Assembly: GCA_035518095.1 (NCBI GenBank)
Contig: DATIXX010000056.1
Coordinates: 16,063-80,062, forward strand
Source: Burkholderiales bacterium
GTDB lineage: Bacteria > Pseudomonadota > Gammaproteobacteria > Burkholderiales > JAHFRG01
DNA: 64,000 nucleotides
Direction: 5' to 3'
This document shows, piece after piece, positions 46,972 to 60,160 of the stretch (positions within the stretch are counted from its first letter, which is position 1; each line of letters starts with the position of its first letter). The notes beneath the pieces were generated by a model. It saw only the letters and a list, made by a program, of their open reading frames with translations, did no database searches and was not told the origin of the DNA. The translations under genes were made by a program, and so were the position numbers.

Positions 46972-47726
46972 TGCGCGGCTTTCCGACCCTGCTCTACAAA
47001 GAGCTGCTGCGCTTCTGGAAAGTAAGTTTTCAGACGCTGCTCGCGCCAATGCTGACAGCGATGTTGTACCTCCTGATTTTTTCCCATGCTTTGGAGCAAC
47101 GCCTGCACGTCTACGACGGCGTAAGCTATACGGCGTTCTTGGTGCCGGGCCTGGCGATGATGTCGGTGCTGCAGAATTCTTTCGCCAACAGTTCCTCCAG
47201 CCTTATACAGTCGAAAATAACCGGAAACATCATATTCGTTTTACTGCCACCGCTGTCGCACTGGGAGTTTTTTCTGGCTTACGCGCTGGCTGCCATTGTG
47301 CGCGGGCTATTGGTGGGTTTAGGCGTGTTCGCGGTTACATTGTGGTTTATCGCAGTCCCACTAAAAAACGCGCTGTGGGTGTTGCTGTTCGCGTTTTTGG
47401 GGAGCGGAATTCTTGGTACGATGGGGATCATCGCCGGAATCTGGTCCGACAAGTTCGACCAACTCGCGGCATTCCAGAATTTTATCATCATTCCACTGAC
47501 GTTCCTGAGTGGGGTATTTTATTCGATACATTCGCTGCCCCATTTTTGGCAGACAGCGTCGCGTTTCAATCCGATTTTCTACATGATAGACGGCTTCCGT
47601 TACGGATTCTTCGGGGTTTCGGATGTTGCGCCCGACTTGAGCCTGGTCGTTGTCGCAAGCTGTTTCCTGGCCTTATCATTGTTTACCTTGTGGCTGATCA
47701 AAAGCGGATACAAGTTGCGTTATTAA
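46971..47726 (+). CDS. ABC-2 type transporter permease (YadH-like)
   Basis: 251 aa, six TM segments, immediately follows its ATPase. Confidence 0.88.
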   Translation: MRGFPTLLYKELLRFWKVSFQTLLAPMLTAMLYLLIFSHALEQRLHVYDGVSYTAFLVPGLAMMSVLQNSFANSSSSLIQSKITGNIIFVLLPPLSHWEFFLAYALAAIVRGLLVGLGVFAVTLWFIAVPLKNALWVLLFAFLGSGILGTMGIIAGIWSDKFDQLAAFQNFIIIPLTFLSGVFYSIHSLPHFWQTASRFNPIFYMIDGFRYGFFGVSDVAPDLSLVVVASCFLALSLFTLWLIKSGYKLRY

Positions 47727-47728
47727 AA

Positions 47729-49209
<1,481 letters not shown>

Positions 49210-49279
49210 TTTTCAAAGAACAATTCCTGCAGCGCGGCCGCTCTGCTGTAAAATGCGCTTTTTCGATTGAGAGATCGCC

Positions 49280-49927
49280 GTGTCCGGAATTACCCTTGCC
49301 TTGTCGAAAGGCCGCATTTTCGACGACGCGGTACCGCTGCTAAGAACGGTAGGAATCGTCGCGCTTGACGATCCGGAAATCTCCCGCAAATTAATTCTTG
49401 CCACAAACCGCGCAGACATTCGCATCATTGTGGTGCGCGCAACCGATGTGCCCACTTATGTCCAATACGGCGCCGCGGATCTTGGTATTGCAGGCAAGGA
49501 CGTGCTGGATGAGCACGGCTGCGACGGGCTGTACCAGCCATTGGACTTGAACATCGCCCGCTGCCGCATGGTGGTGGCTGTGCCACAAGGTTTTGATTAC
49601 GCGAAGGCAGTGCGCCAAGGCGCGCGACTGCGCGTAGCCAGCAAATACCTACAAACCGCAAGCGAGCATTTTGCATCGAAAGGCGTGCACGTTGATCTTG
49701 TCAAGCTGTACGGCTCAATGGAACTCGCCCCGCTCACCGGACTCGCCGACGCCATTGTGGATCTCGTCAGGACCGGCAACACGCTGAAGGCCAACAACCT
49801 GCAGGCCGTGGAAGACATTTCACCTGTTTCCGCGAGGCTGATAGTCAATCAGGCGGCACTAAAAATGAAACGCGAGGCGATTAGGCCGCTCATCGACGCG
49901 TTGGAACACGCGGTGAACCGTGGTTAA
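49280..49927 (+). CDS. hisG: ATP phosphoribosyltransferase, short form
   Basis: GTG start, 215 aa. LALSKGRI and [12 protein letters not shown] motifs. The short HisG form implies that a hisZ partner is encoded elsewhere. Confidence 0.93.
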   Translation: MSGITLALSKGRIFDDAVPLLRTVGIVALDDPEISRKLILATNRADIRIIVVRATDVPTYVQYGAADLGIAGKDVLDEHGCDGLYQPLDLNIARCRMVVAVPQGFDYAKAVRQGARLRVASKYLQTASEHFASKGVHVDLVKLYGSMELAPLTGLADAIVDLVRTGNTLKANNLQAVEDISPVSARLIVNQAALKMKREAIRPLIDALEHAVNRG

Positions 49928-51236
49928 CGTCAGGCGTCTTTCGACCGCCCAGCGTAATTTCGAACGCCGACTCAAGTCGCTGCTTGCCTACGAAGTGGCG
50001 TTCGACACGAGGGTCGCCAACGACGTGGCCAGAATTCTGGCTGACGTGAGATCGCGCGGGGATGCGGCACTGCTCGAATATACGCGACGCTTCGATCATC
50101 TTAAAGCCAAGACCGTAAGCGACCTGGAACTGCCGCAGTCGCGCCTCAAGCAAGCACTCGAAGGCCTATCTAAGGCTCAGCGCAGCGCCTTGCAGCATGC
50201 CGCGACACGCATACGCGCCTACCACAGACGGCAAGTCGTCAAATCGTGGAGCTATCGCGATGCAGATGGCACACTGCTTGGACAACAAGTGACGCCGCTG
50301 GCGCGCGTAGGCATGTACGTTCCCGGCGGCAAAGCTGCCTATCCGTCCACCGTGCTGATGAATGCGATTCCCGCTAAATTGGCCGGCGTGCGTGAACTCA
50401 TCATGGTGGCGCCAACGCCCAGCGGTGTACAGAATAAGTTGGTGCTCGCCTGCGCCGCAATCTGTAAAGTTGATCGGGTATTTACCATTGGTGGTGCTCA
50501 GGCCATAGGCGCACTTGCCTACGGCACTCGGACGATCCCGCAAGTGGATAAAATCGTTGGCCCGGGCAACGCTTTTGTCGCTATGGCAAAGCAGCGTGTG
50601 TTTGGGATCGTGGGCTTGGACATGATTGCAGGCCCTTCTGAAATTCTGGTGATTTGCGATGGCCGGACCGATCCCGACTGGGTAACCATGGATTTATTCT
50701 CCCAGTCCGAACATGACGAAATGGCGCAAGCTATCTTGCTTTCTCCCGATGCAAAATTCCTGGACGCCGTCGCTGCGAGCGTCAAGCGCCTGCTGCCTTC
50801 ATTGGCCCGTCAGGAAGTTATACGCGCGTCCATGGAAAAACGCGGTGCGCTAATTCACGTAAAAGACCTCGACGAAGCCTGTGATATTGCCAACCGAATT
50901 GCGCCGGAACACCTCGAGCTCTGCGTGGAAAATGCGGAGAGGTGGGTGGGCAAAATCAGGAATGCCGGTGCGATTTTCCTGGGCCGCTACAGCTCGGAAG
51001 CCTTGGGAGATTACTGCGCCGGGCCGAATCACGTGCTGCCGACGTCACGCAGCGCGCGCTTTTCGTCGGCGTTGGGCGTGTACGACTTCCAGAAACGCTC
51101 CAGCTTGATCAACATATCCAGACGCGGCGCTGTGAAACTCGGCAAAGTGGCGGTAGAGCTGGCCATGGGTGAAGGATTGCAGGCGCACGCCAAATCGGCC
51201 CTATACCGAATGCAACAGCGGCACGGCAAATTTTGA
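49920..51236 (+). CDS. hisD: Histidinol dehydrogenase
   Basis: 438 aa. [13 protein letters not shown] and SQSEHDE motifs. Confidence 0.96.
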   Translation: MVNVRRLSTAQRNFERRLKSLLAYEVAFDTRVANDVARILADVRSRGDAALLEYTRRFDHLKAKTVSDLELPQSRLKQALEGLSKAQRSALQHAATRIRAYHRRQVVKSWSYRDADGTLLGQQVTPLARVGMYVPGGKAAYPSTVLMNAIPAKLAGVRELIMVAPTPSGVQNKLVLACAAICKVDRVFTIGGAQAIGALAYGTRTIPQVDKIVGPGNAFVAMAKQRVFGIVGLDMIAGPSEILVICDGRTDPDWVTMDLFSQSEHDEMAQAILLSPDAKFLDAVAASVKRLLPSLARQEVIRASMEKRGALIHVKDLDEACDIANRIAPEHLELCVENAERWVGKIRNAGAIFLGRYSSEALGDYCAGPNHVLPTSRSARFSSALGVYDFQKRSSLINISRRGAVKLGKVAVELAMGEGLQAHAKSALYRMQQRHGKF

Positions 51237-52312
51237 TGATGGCACCCCCTTTTGAACAGCTATTGCGCAATGAAATCAGCGCATTAAGCGCATATCCGGT
51301 GCCGGAGCGCGCCGGATTCCTGATGCTCGATGCTATGGAAAACCCACATTCCCTGCCAGAGGAATTGCGCGCCGAAATAGCGCAGCTGGTGCGCGATGCT
51401 GCCATCAACCGCTATCCCGACCCGCGGGCGGTCCGCCTGAAAGAGCGTCTGCGCAATGCAATGGAGATTCCTTCCGGGATGGAAATCATGTTGGGCAACG
51501 GGTCCGACGAGCTGATTCAGATAATCGCCTTGGCGCTCGCAAGGCCGGGCGCGAGCTTGTTGAGCGTGGAACCCGCGTTCGCAATGTTTCGCTTGATCGC
51601 AATCTATGCTGGGCTGCGTTACGCAGGTGTGCAACTTAATCCCGACTTCACGTTGGACCTCGAAGCGGTCATTGCGGCCATCGATCGATTTCGGCCTGCG
51701 GTGATTTTCATTGCCTATCCCAATAATCCGACTGGGAATCTTTTTGACCGTGAAGGGCTGCGGCGCATTGTCGAGGCTGCGCCAGGTTTGGTGGTGATCG
51801 ATGAGGCATATCATATTTTTGCTCAAGAAAGTTTCATGCCGCTTCTCGCTGACTTTCGCAATCTGCTGGTTATGCGCACGCTTTCCAAACTCGGAATGGC
51901 GGGGCTACGCCTCGGTTTCCTGACAGGAAGCAGGGAGTGGCTCACGCAACTGGAAAAGTTACGTTTGCCGTATAATGTGAACACGCTGACGCAAATTGTT
52001 GCCGAGAAGCTGTTGCAGCACATGGTGGTGTTGCGCGACCAGGCCGGAGAAATCATATCGCAGCGAGCGAAATTGTATACGGAATTGTCGGAGCTTGCGG
52101 GTGTGCGCGCTTATCGGAGCGATGCGAATTTCATTCTGTTCCGCGTAACAGGAGCAGACGATGTCTTCGACCGCTTGCTAAAGCGCGGAGTTCTCATTAA
52201 GAATTTGAATCGCAGTCACCCGCTTCTGGAGAATTGCTTGCGGGTGACGGTAGGTACTGCTGGCCAAAACCAACAATTCATCCAGGCGCTCAGGAACAGC
52301 CTAATTCCATAA
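51233..52312 (+). CDS. hisC: Histidinol-phosphate aminotransferase
   Basis: 359 aa class-II aminotransferase. The [14 protein letters not shown] motif carries the PLP lysine. Confidence 0.94.
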   Translation: MMMAPPFEQLLRNEISALSAYPVPERAGFLMLDAMENPHSLPEELRAEIAQLVRDAAINRYPDPRAVRLKERLRNAMEIPSGMEIMLGNGSDELIQIIALALARPGASLLSVEPAFAMFRLIAIYAGLRYAGVQLNPDFTLDLEAVIAAIDRFRPAVIFIAYPNNPTGNLFDREGLRRIVEAAPGLVVIDEAYHIFAQESFMPLLADFRNLLVMRTLSKLGMAGLRLGFLTGSREWLTQLEKLRLPYNVNTLTQIVAEKLLQHMVVLRDQAGEIISQRAKLYTELSELAGVRAYRSDANFILFRVTGADDVFDRLLKRGVLIKNLNRSHPLLENCLRVTVGTAGQNQQFIQALRNSLIP

Positions 52313-52334
52313 GGTCTTTGTCAACAACACGCCC

Positions 52335-52922
52335 ATGCGCAAGGCACAGGTTACCCGAAATACCCTGGAAACGAGAATCGGTGTGAAACTTAATCTTGAC
52401 GGGATCGGCAAGACGAAGCTCTCCACCGGTGTGGCTTTTCTCGATCATATGCTGGATCAGGTCGCGCGGCACGGAATGCTGGATCTCGAAATCTCGGCGA
52501 AGGGCGACTTGCAGATCGACGCGCACCATACTGTGGAAGACATCGGTATCACTTTTGGCCAGGCTTTCCTGAAGGCACTCGGTGATAAAAAAGGCGTACG
52601 CCGCTTCGGATTTGCATATGTGCCGCTGGACGAGGCACTGTCGCGCGTGGTTGTGGACTTATCGGGACGGCCGGGACTGGAATTCAATCTGAAATTTACG
52701 CGCGCCCGCATTGGGGAGTTCGACGTAGATTTGGTGCACGAGTTTTTCCAGGGCTTCGTCAATCACGCTCTGGTGACGCTGCACATTGACAATTTGCGCG
52801 GCAAGAATGCGCATCATCAATGTGAGACGGTATTTAAGGCGTTCGGTCGCGCGTTGCGCATGGCGTCGGAATTCGATCCGCGAAATAGCGGCAGACTACC
52901 GTCGACCAAAGGAAGTCTGTAG
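52335..52922 (+). CDS. hisB: Imidazoleglycerol-phosphate dehydratase
   Basis: 195 aa. FLDHMLDQ and HHTVED motifs. Confidence 0.96.
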   Translation: MRKAQVTRNTLETRIGVKLNLDGIGKTKLSTGVAFLDHMLDQVARHGMLDLEISAKGDLQIDAHHTVEDIGITFGQAFLKALGDKKGVRRFGFAYVPLDEALSRVVVDLSGRPGLEFNLKFTRARIGEFDVDLVHEFFQGFVNHALVTLHIDNLRGKNAHHQCETVFKAFGRALRMASEFDPRNSGRLPSTKGSL

Positions 52923-52936
52923 AAAAAACGTCGTCA

Positions 52937-53593
52937 ATGATCGACATTGCAGTAGTGGATTACGGCATGGGCAACCTGCGCTCGGTCGCGAAAGCCCTCG
53001 AGCACGTGGCTCCGGACGCTAAAATCTGCGTTAGCGACTCCGGACAGCAGATTCGCGATGCCAAACGGGTGGTATTCCCCGGCCAGGGGGCGATGCCAGA
53101 CTGCATGCGCGAGCTGGATGCGCGCGGCTTGCGCCAACCGCTACTTGAAGCGGCCCGGAGTAAGCCATTTCTAGGCATTTGCATCGGATTGCAGATGCTT
53201 TTTGAATGGAGCGAAGAAGGCGCCGTAGAAGGACTGGGTGTGTTGCCCGGCAAAGTGTGGCGCTTTCCGCAGGACGCGATGGTCAACGGTCACGGCGCCA
53301 AACTGAAGGTGCCGCACATGGGCTGGAACCAGGTTGAACAGAGAAGGTCACATGCGCTTTGGAAAGGTATTTCATCGGGCAGCCGTTTTTATTTTGTGCA
53401 CAGTTACTTCGTGGAAGCCGGAAATACGCAGCAAATCGCCGCAGTGAGCCGTTACCCTTTTGCCTTTACCTGTGCTGTGGCGCGCGATAATATTTTTGCG
53501 GTGCAATTCCACCCGGAAAAAAGCCAGTCCGCGGGCTTGCGTTTGCTTGCCAATTTTGTAGACTGGAACGGACAGGCTCAAGCTGGGCCTTGA
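52937..53593 (+). CDS. hisH: Imidazole glycerol phosphate synthase, glutamine amidotransferase subunit
   Basis: GMGNLRSV, GICIGLQML (Cys nucleophile) and FHPEKS motifs. Confidence 0.96.
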   Translation: MIDIAVVDYGMGNLRSVAKALEHVAPDAKICVSDSGQQIRDAKRVVFPGQGAMPDCMRELDARGLRQPLLEAARSKPFLGICIGLQMLFEWSEEGAVEGLGVLPGKVWRFPQDAMVNGHGAKLKVPHMGWNQVEQRRSHALWKGISSGSRFYFVHSYFVEAGNTQQIAAVSRYPFAFTCAVARDNIFAVQFHPEKSQSAGLRLLANFVDWNGQAQAGP

Positions 53594-53700
53594 TGCTTAC
53601 GCTTCCACGCAATGCTGATTTGTGCTGTATTATAGCCGTGATTTCAATTCCGCTTGGCGGGTAAACCGCACCTGATTGCCTTCATCCCGAATCTGAAGCG

Positions 53701-54453
53701 ATGTTGATCATTCCTGCGATCGATTTGAAAGACGGGCAATGCGTGCGCTTGAAGCAAGGCTCGATGAAGGACGCCACAGTATATTCCGACGCTCCGGCCG
53801 AGCAGGCCAAAAAATGGCTGGAGCAGGGCGCCCGGCGGCTGCATCTGGTGGATTTGGACGGGGCGGCTGCGGGCAAGCCCAGGAACGAACCGGCTATCAA
53901 GGAAATTGTCGCTGCGGTGGGAAACGAAATCCCAGTGCAATTGGGCGGCGGTATGCGCGACATGGAAATCATCGAGCACTATCTGGATGACGGAATCGCT
54001 TATGTCATCATCGGCAGTGCTGCAGTGAAAACACCCGGACTCCTGCACGAGGCGTGCTGTGCCTTCCCTGGACATGTTATGGTCGGCCTTGACGCCAGAG
54101 GCGGCAAAGTGGCGGTGAACGGCTGGTCTAAAGTTACCGGCCACGACGTGGTGGACCTCGCTAAGAAATTTGAAGATTACGGCGTGGAGGCAGTTATATA
54201 CACCGATATCAGCAGGGACGGTATGTTGAATGGGGTTAACATCGAGGCCACGGTGGAACTTTCGCGCGCGCTTACAGTCCCGGTGATAGCGAGCGGCGGT
54301 TTGGCCACTCTGGATGACGTGAAGGCACTGTGTAAAGTGGAATCTGAAGGCATTATGGGTGCCATCACCGGCCGCGCGATCTACCAGGGCACCCTGAATT
54401 TCAAAGCAGCGCAGGCGCTCGCGGATAGACTCGGCTCAAAACCCAAGTCCTGA
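53701..54453 (+). CDS. hisA: 1-(5-phosphoribosyl)-5-[(5-phosphoribosylamino)methylideneamino]imidazole-4-carboxamide isomerase
   Basis: [18 protein letters not shown]-terminus and 250 aa. Confidence 0.96.
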   Translation: MLIIPAIDLKDGQCVRLKQGSMKDATVYSDAPAEQAKKWLEQGARRLHLVDLDGAAAGKPRNEPAIKEIVAAVGNEIPVQLGGGMRDMEIIEHYLDDGIAYVIIGSAAVKTPGLLHEACCAFPGHVMVGLDARGGKVAVNGWSKVTGHDVVDLAKKFEDYGVEAVIYTDISRDGMLNGVNIEATVELSRALTVPVIASGGLATLDDVKALCKVESEGIMGAITGRAIYQGTLNFKAAQALADRLGSKPKS

Positions 54454-54545
54454 TCGCCAAGATGCACTGCCGTCGGGAAATTCGAGCAAAATAGTTTTCC
54501 TGGTTTCCCCTTGTTCCCCACATCCTCAGGATGGAATACTGATTT

Positions 54546-55316
54546 ATGGGCCTAGCGAAGCGCATCATTCCCTGCCTGGATGTCACTGACGGGCGCGTGG
54601 TCAAAGGCGTAAATTTCGTGGGTTTGCGCGATGCAGGTAACCCGGTGGGAATTGCCCGGCGTTACGACGAACAGGGAGCGGATGAACTCGCTTTTCTCGA
54701 TATAACCGCCAGCTCCGATTCGCGCGGTCTGATTCTCCCGGTTGTCGAAGAGGTAGCGGCCCAGGTGTTTATTCCGTTGACCGTGGGTGGTGGCGTGCGC
54801 TCGGTTGCAGACGTACGTAGTCTCCTTAACGCCGGAGCCGACAAAGTCAGTATTAACACCTCGGCAGTAGAGAATCCACAGTTGGTAGCAGACGCGAGTG
54901 GTCGCTACGGTGCGCAATGCATTGTAGTGGCGATTGACGCGAAACAATCAGGAAATGGAACAAGGCCGCGTTGGGAAGTGTTTACTCATGGCGGGCGCAA
55001 GGCCAGCGGACGCGATGCGGTAGAATGGGCAAGGCAGGTGCAGGCGCTGGGCGCGGGGGAAATTCTGCTTACCAGTATGGACCGGGACGGCACAAGAAAC
55101 GGGTTTGATTTGATGCTCACAAGAGCGATTTGCGATGCCGTGGATATTCCGGTCATTGCTAGCGGCGGCGCTGGTAATTTGCAGCATCTGGTGGAAGGAG
55201 TGCTGCAAGGCGGAGCGGACGCGGTGCTGGCAGCCAGCATTTTCCATTATGGCGAGTATACCGTGCTGGAGGCCAAGCGATACATGGCGCAACACAACAT
55301 TGAAGTCAGGTTGTAG
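54546..55316 (+). CDS. hisF: Imidazole glycerol phosphate synthase, cyclase subunit
   Basis: [18 protein letters not shown]-terminus and 256 aa. Confidence 0.97.
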   Translation: MGLAKRIIPCLDVTDGRVVKGVNFVGLRDAGNPVGIARRYDEQGADELAFLDITASSDSRGLILPVVEEVAAQVFIPLTVGGGVRSVADVRSLLNAGADKVSINTSAVENPQLVADASGRYGAQCIVVAIDAKQSGNGTRPRWEVFTHGGRKASGRDAVEWARQVQALGAGEILLTSMDRDGTRNGFDLMLTRAICDAVDIPVIASGGAGNLQHLVEGVLQGGADAVLAASIFHYGEYTVLEAKRYMAQHNIEVRL

Positions 55317-55328
55317 TGAGAGAGATTC

Positions 55329-55718
55329 ATGGCTGATAGCTGGTTAAACAAAGTAAACTGGACGCACGACGGCCTGGTACCGGTGGTGGTTCAGGAAACA
55401 AGCGGCGGCAAGGTTCTTATGTTTGCCTGGATGAACCGCGAAGCGCTGAAACGTACCGCAAACACCGGCGAGGCCGTGTACTGGTCGCGCGCGCGCAAAA
55501 AATTATGGCGCAAGGGTGAAGAATCTGGTCATGTGCAGAAGGTGAAGGAAATCCGCCTGGATTGCGATCAGGATGTAGTCCTGCTTACCGTTGAACAAAT
55601 AGGCGGAATTGCCTGCCACACGGGTAGGCACAGTTGTTTTTTCCAGAAATTGCAGAGTGGCAAATGGGTGGTCACCGATGCGGTCATCAAAGACCCGAAG
55701 GAGATTTACCCGAAATGA
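55329..55718 (+). CDS. hisI: Phosphoribosyl-AMP cyclohydrolase
   Basis: 129 aa. LVPVVVQE....[12 protein letters not shown] and CHTGRHSCF motifs. Confidence 0.95.
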   Translation: MADSWLNKVNWTHDGLVPVVVQETSGGKVLMFAWMNREALKRTANTGEAVYWSRARKKLWRKGEESGHVQKVKEIRLDCDQDVVLLTVEQIGGIACHTGRHSCFFQKLQSGKWVVTDAVIKDPKEIYPK

Positions 55719-56047
55719 GCGGCGCGGATATATTGGAACGCCTTACCAAGACACTGGAAAACCGCAAAAACGCCAGCCCGGAAGACTCGTATGTGGCGCG
55801 ACTTTATGCCGGCGCGCCGGAAGTAATACTGAAAAAAATCGGCGAAGAAGCTGCAGAGATTCTGCTGGCGGCGAAAGACGGTGATAAACTACAAATTGTC
55901 AGGGAAACGGCCGATCTTTGGTTTCATTGTTTGGTCATGCTTTCATATTACGGAATGACGGCAGATGACGTGCTTCAGGAATTGCGGCGGCGTGAAGGCG
56001 TTTCGGGATTAACGGAAAAGGAACAGCGCAAAAAAGGCAAGGACTAG
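55715..56047 (+). CDS. hisE: Phosphoribosyl-ATP pyrophosphatase
   Basis: The ATG at 55715 overlaps the hisI stop (ATGA). SYVARLY and [12 protein letters not shown] motifs. The track ORF start at 55634 is an over-extension. Confidence 0.93.
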   Translation: MSGADILERLTKTLENRKNASPEDSYVARLYAGAPEVILKKIGEEAAEILLAAKDGDKLQIVRETADLWFHCLVMLSYYGMTADDVLQELRRREGVSGLTEKEQRKKGKD

Positions 56048-56068
56048 CAATGTGGAAGAGGGGAACAG

Positions 56069-56428
56069 ATGGACAATTGCATTTTCTGCAGAATAGTTAA
56101 AGGAGAAATCCCTAGCAGAAAGGTTTATGAGGACGATGAAATTCTCGCTTTTCACGATATCAATCCGCTCGCGCCGGTACACTTCATGTTGATACCGAAG
56201 CAGCACGTTGAATCGCTTGCTGATGTCAACCGTGCGCACCAGGGCGTATTGGGGAAAATAATGGCGCTGGCGCCGAAGCTCGCCAAAGAACAGGGTTGCA
56301 ACGATGGTTTTCGCACAATAATCAACACCGGCAGAGTAGCAAGGCAGGAGGTGTCTCATTTGCATATTCACATTATCGGCGGCCCGGATGTGCTGCCACC
56401 TATGCTATACCGTGCCAAGCCGGGGTAG
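56069..56428 (+). CDS. HIT-family (histidine triad) nucleotide hydrolase
   Basis: CIFCRI N-terminus and HLHIHIIGG triad. Confidence 0.92.
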   Translation: MDNCIFCRIVKGEIPSRKVYEDDEILAFHDINPLAPVHFMLIPKQHVESLADVNRAHQGVLGKIMALAPKLAKEQGCNDGFRTIINTGRVARQEVSHLHIHIIGGPDVLPPMLYRAKPG

Positions 56429-56449
56429 ACCTTATCGTAGGAGTTAAAC

Positions 56450-56683
56450 ATGGGCTCAATTAGCATCTGGCATTGGTTGATTGTTCTGCTTATCGTGCTC
56501 TTGATTTTCGGCACCAAGAAGCTACGCAACATAGGCTCTGATTTGGGGAACGCGGTGAAAGGATTCAAGGAAGGCATGCGCGGCAGTTCAGATGAGGACC
56601 AGACCGACAAGCAAGTTCAGCCTCCGGTCACGGGTAAGACCATTGAAGGCGAAGTACAGAACAAAACCCAGACCAAAGCTTGA
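56450..56683 (+). CDS. tatA: Sec-independent protein translocase TatA
   Basis: 77 aa. [29 protein letters not shown] motif. Confidence 0.95.
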   Translation: MGSISIWHWLIVLLIVLLIFGTKKLRNIGSDLGNAVKGFKEGMRGSSDEDQTDKQVQPPVTGKTIEGEVQNKTQTKA

Positions 56684-56701
56684 TCTGGGTGACAATGCCC
56701 A

Positions 56702-57070
56702 ATGTTTGACGTTGGTTTTTCCGAGATTTTGGTGATCGCATTGGTGGCCCTCATCGTTATTGGGCCAGAGCGATTGCCGAAGGTGGCACGTACCTTGGGG
56801 CACCTGTTCGGCCGCTTGCAGCGTTATGTTGCGGAGGTCAAGGCCGATATCGACCGCGAGATGCAAATGGATGAGCTAAGGAAACTCCAATCCGGCATGC
56901 AGGATGCGGCGCGCTCACTTGAAAAATCTGTAAGTGACAGCATGCGGGATACCGAAGCGCATATTAAAACAATCGCAGACGACGTGGAGAAGACTGGCGA
57001 GCATGCCACACCATTATCCGCGGCGCCCGAAGCGCAGGCGAAGTCCGTTAATCCGCAAAAGCAATCTTAA
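56702..57070 (+). CDS. tatB: Sec-independent protein translocase TatB
   Basis: MFDVGFSEILVIALVALIVIGPERLP N-terminus. Confidence 0.94.
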   Translation: MFDVGFSEILVIALVALIVIGPERLPKVARTLGHLFGRLQRYVAEVKADIDREMQMDELRKLQSGMQDAARSLEKSVSDSMRDTEAHIKTIADDVEKTGEHATPLSAAPEAQAKSVNPQKQS

Positions 57071-57104
57071 GTTTGCCGCCAGCCTGGACACATAGAGCTG
57101 ACCG

Positions 57105-57899
57105 ATGGCCGCTCCAGATACATTCATTTCTCACTTGATCGAGCTGCGAGACCGGCTGCTGCGCTCGATTCTCGCAATAATAATAGTGTTTCTATGCCTT
57201 TTTCCCTGGGCTCGAGATATTTATGCGCTGCTCGCGGAGCCGCTGCTTAGGGCGCTGCCCCGCGGCGGGCAGATGATCGCGACCGAAGTAACCACGCCGT
57301 TTTTCGTGCCGATGAAGGTGACCCTAATGGCTGCCTTCGTCATCGCGCTTCCGTTTGTGCTTTACCAGTTATGGGCGTTTGTCGCGCCCGGGCTGTACGC
57401 CAACGAAAAGCGCCTGGTCGGTCCGCTAATCATAGCCAGTACGTTGTTGTTTATTTGCGGCATGGGATTCGCTTATTTTCTGGTGTTTCCCATGGTGTTC
57501 GGCTTCGTGATTCGCATCGCCCCGCAGGGTGTGGCGGTAATGACCGATATCGGCAAATACCTTGATTTCGTGCTTACGATGTTTGTCGCGTTCGGCATCG
57601 CTTTTGAAATGCCGGTCGCCGTGGTGCTGCTGGTGAAGATGGGCGTGGTAAGCGTGGCCCAGCTTAAACAGGTGCGGCCCTATGCTATCGTCGGTGCGTT
57701 CGTCATCGGTGCGATATTCACGCCGCCTGATGTGGTTTCGCAAATCATGCTCGCGGTGCCGTTGTGGCTGTTGTTTGAAGTGGGGTTAGTGGTTGCGGGG
57801 TTTATCAGCAAACCCGGCACGGCTGTGGATGACTACCGACCGCTTACTGAACCTGAAACCGATGATATCGAAACCAACCGTAATAAGCGCGGCAGATAA
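57105..57899 (+). CDS. tatC: Sec-independent protein translocase TatC
   Basis: 264 aa, six TM segments, HL.ELR.RL N-terminal motif. Confidence 0.95.
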   Translation: MAAPDTFISHLIELRDRLLRSILAIIIVFLCLFPWARDIYALLAEPLLRALPRGGQMIATEVTTPFFVPMKVTLMAAFVIALPFVLYQLWAFVAPGLYANEKRLVGPLIIASTLLFICGMGFAYFLVFPMVFGFVIRIAPQGVAVMTDIGKYLDFVLTMFVAFGIAFEMPVAVVLLVKMGVVSVAQLKQVRPYAIVGAFVIGAIFTPPDVVSQIMLAVPLWLLFEVGLVVAGFISKPGTAVDDYRPLTEPETDDIETNRNKRGR

Positions 57900-57912
57900 C
57901 GGTTAGCCTCTT

Positions 57913-59103
57913 TTATTGGTCCTCTTCGTCTTGCTCTTCAAGATCCTCGACGCGTGGTTTCGGTCTCTTGCCAACCCTGATTTTGAGCTGCATTTCGGTT
58001 TGATTGCGCATCATGGTAAACGCTGCCGCTCTTCCCGGTGTCAGCGCAGCGATCAGGTTGAGCATGCTGCGCGAATCGGTTACCGGTTTGCCTTCGACCG
58101 CAAGCAGTATGTCCCCCGGCTTCACCCCGGCCTTGTCAGCAGGGCCTTTTTTTATGACGCCGGCGATTAAGGCCCCGCTAGTGTTGGGTAAATTGAATGA
58201 TTCCGCCAATTCCCTGGACATGTCCTGCGCTTCAACGCCGATCCAACCACGCGTAACGCTGCCATTCTTGATGATTTGCTCCATCACTTGCTTGGCAACA
58301 CTGGTGGGAATCGCGAAACCGATGCCTTCGGACCCCCCGGTTCTAGTGTAAATAGCGCTATTAATACCAATCAGATTTCCCGATACATCTACCAGCGCAC
58401 CGCCGGAATTGCCGGGATTGATCGGGGCGTCAGTTTGGATAAAGTTCTCGAACGTATTGAGACCTAGATTGCTGCGACCAACCGCGCTGATGATGCCCAT
58501 GGTCACCGTTTGCCCGACGCCGTAGGGATTGCCAATGGCGAGCACCACGTCGCCCACGTTTATTTGATCAGAGCGTCCAAAGGTAATCGCTGGTAAATTC
58601 TTCAAGTCTATTTTCAATACCGCCAGATCGGTGTCGGGATCATCCCCGATAACGCGCGGCGTCGCCTTGCGCCCGTCGCTGAGCAGCACTTCGATTTCAT
58701 CGGCAGCGCGCACCATGTGGGAGTTGGTTAGGATATATCCCTGAGGGCTCACAATTACGCCGGAGCCTAGGCTGGTGCTGCGGTGCATTTCATCGGGACT
58801 ATCACCGAAGAAATGCCGGAATAAAGGATCGTCAATTAGCGGATGCCGCGGCGTGCGCACTTCTTTGCTAGTAAAAATATTAACCACGGCCGGCATTGCC
58901 TTTTTCGAGGCGTAACTGTACGAAGTATTGTTGGCTCTCGGCGAAACGTCCGGCGCCGCTTCATTGAAGGAAACGACGTTGCCACCGCGCCAAGTGGCTG
59001 GCAGCAGATCGGGCTTTAAAGTCGTAACCACAAATACGATCGCAAGGCAAACGGTCGTGGATTGGGCAAAAATGAGCCAAAACTTGCGCATCGGAAGCTT
59101 CAT
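57913..59103 (-). CDS. DegS/AlgW-like membrane-anchored serine endoprotease (one PDZ)
   Basis: N-terminal TM, LTNSHMV, DLAVLK and GNSGGAL triad motifs, and a single PDZ (GVKPGDILL). Confidence 0.88.
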   Translation of the reverse strand: MKLPMRKFWLIFAQSTTVCLAIVFVVTTLKPDLLPATWRGGNVVSFNEAAPDVSPRANNTSYSYASKKAMPAVVNIFTSKEVRTPRHPLIDDPLFRHFFGDSPDEMHRSTSLGSGVIVSPQGYILTNSHMVRAADEIEVLLSDGRKATPRVIGDDPDTDLAVLKIDLKNLPAITFGRSDQINVGDVVLAIGNPYGVGQTVTMGIISAVGRSNLGLNTFENFIQTDAPINPGNSGGALVDVSGNLIGINSAIYTRTGGSEGIGFAIPTSVAKQVMEQIIKNGSVTRGWIGVEAQDMSRELAESFNLPNTSGALIAGVIKKGPADKAGVKPGDILLAVEGKPVTDSRSMLNLIAALTPGRAAAFTMMRNQTEMQLKIRVGKRPKPRVEDLEEQDEEDQ

Positions 59104-59557
59104 CGTGCTGAATAAAACGTAATATTATGGCGCAAAATGCGGTCGCACAAAAGCGAATAGTTACGGACGCTCTTTTGCCGCGGCGACAATGCAGACGCCA
59201 TGTTCGGATGGGGTTCCCGGCTACCCTGACCCGCTTTAAAATCCATCCCGAATCCGCAACATTCGCGGTACCGCGTGGCTCATTATTCTGAAAGTGAGGA
59301 AAGTCGAAAAGTATCCGCGATCCCGCGCCGCTTTTACGCGAAGCCGTTTTTGCGCTTCTTTTTCCGCAACTTGGCGGTCAGTTTGACGTTTGAATGCGAA
59401 AGTTCTAAATTCACCGCGGTGGTCGCTGTAACTCCCTGGTTCTAAATAATGTTTTGCGCTGTTTCAGTTTTATGCCTGCGTTAAAGCATTTAAATTTCCT
59501 TTTGCAATCAGGTAAAATGACCGAGTTTTTACCCATCCGGGAAAAAGGCACCTTTAA

Positions 59558-60160
59558 ATGGCGGATAACAATGAGGTGGACCATGCTAGACGGCGTTTTC
59601 TCATTGCAGCGACGACGGCGGTGGGCGGGGTAGCGACAGTTGCAACCGCCGTGCCATTTGTCGCATCCATGATGCCCAGCCAGCGCGCCCTGGCGATCGG
59701 CGCGCCGGTTGAAGTGGATATCGGCAAAGTCGAATCGGGCATGAAACTCGACATCGAGTGGCAAAGCAAGCCGGTGTGGATTGTCAATCGCACGAAGGAT
59801 ATGCTCGCTACGCTCCCCACCCTTAGCAACCGCTTGGTTGACCCGAATTCCGAGGTGCCGCATCAGCCGCCATACTGCAAAAATCTTACGCGCTCGATCA
59901 AGCCCGAGTACTTCGTGGTGGTTGGAATCTGCACCCACCTCGGTTGCGTGCCGACGTTTAGACCGGAGAAGGCGCCGCCGGATCTTGGCCCTAGCTGGCC
60001 AGGCGGTTTTTTCTGTCCCTGTCACGGTTCGCGCTTTGATCTTGCGGGCAGAGTATTCAAAGGTGTTCCCGCACCGACCAACCTGGTGGTTCCGTCCTAC
60101 CGGTACGTAAACGATACCAAGATTTTGATCGGTGAAAACCCTAAGGCGGCTAAATCATGA
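59558..60160 (+). CDS. petA: Ubiquinol-cytochrome c reductase Rieske iron-sulfur subunit
   Basis: Tat-like RRRFL N-terminus and Rieske boxes CTHLGC and CPCHGS. Confidence 0.96.
   Translation: MADNNEVDHARRRFLIAATTAVGGVATVATAVPFVASMMPSQRALAIGAPVEVDIGKVESGMKLDIEWQSKPVWIVNRTKDMLATLPTLSNRLVDPNSEVPHQPPYCKNLTRSIKPEYFVVVGICTHLGCVPTFRPEKAPPDLGPSWPGGFFCPCHGSRFDLAGRVFKGVPAPTNLVVPSYRYVNDTKILIGENPKAAKS

Noticed and set aside
47342-47728. The first 129 codons of the 208-aa track ORF 47342..47968.
   Set aside because: This part lies inside the yadH-like permease in another frame. Only the last 79 codons, from the ATG at 47729, are BolA-like.
49210-49279. A possible his-operon attenuator/leader upstream of hisG, including the GCGGCCGC palindrome.
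   Set aside because: There is no leader peptide with consecutive His codons, and no convincing alternative terminator/antiterminator pairings.
59411-60025. A 204-aa ORF antisense to petA and its upstream region.
   Set aside because: It overlaps the clearly real Rieske gene, is Arg/His-rich and has no recognisable motifs, so it is likely spurious.
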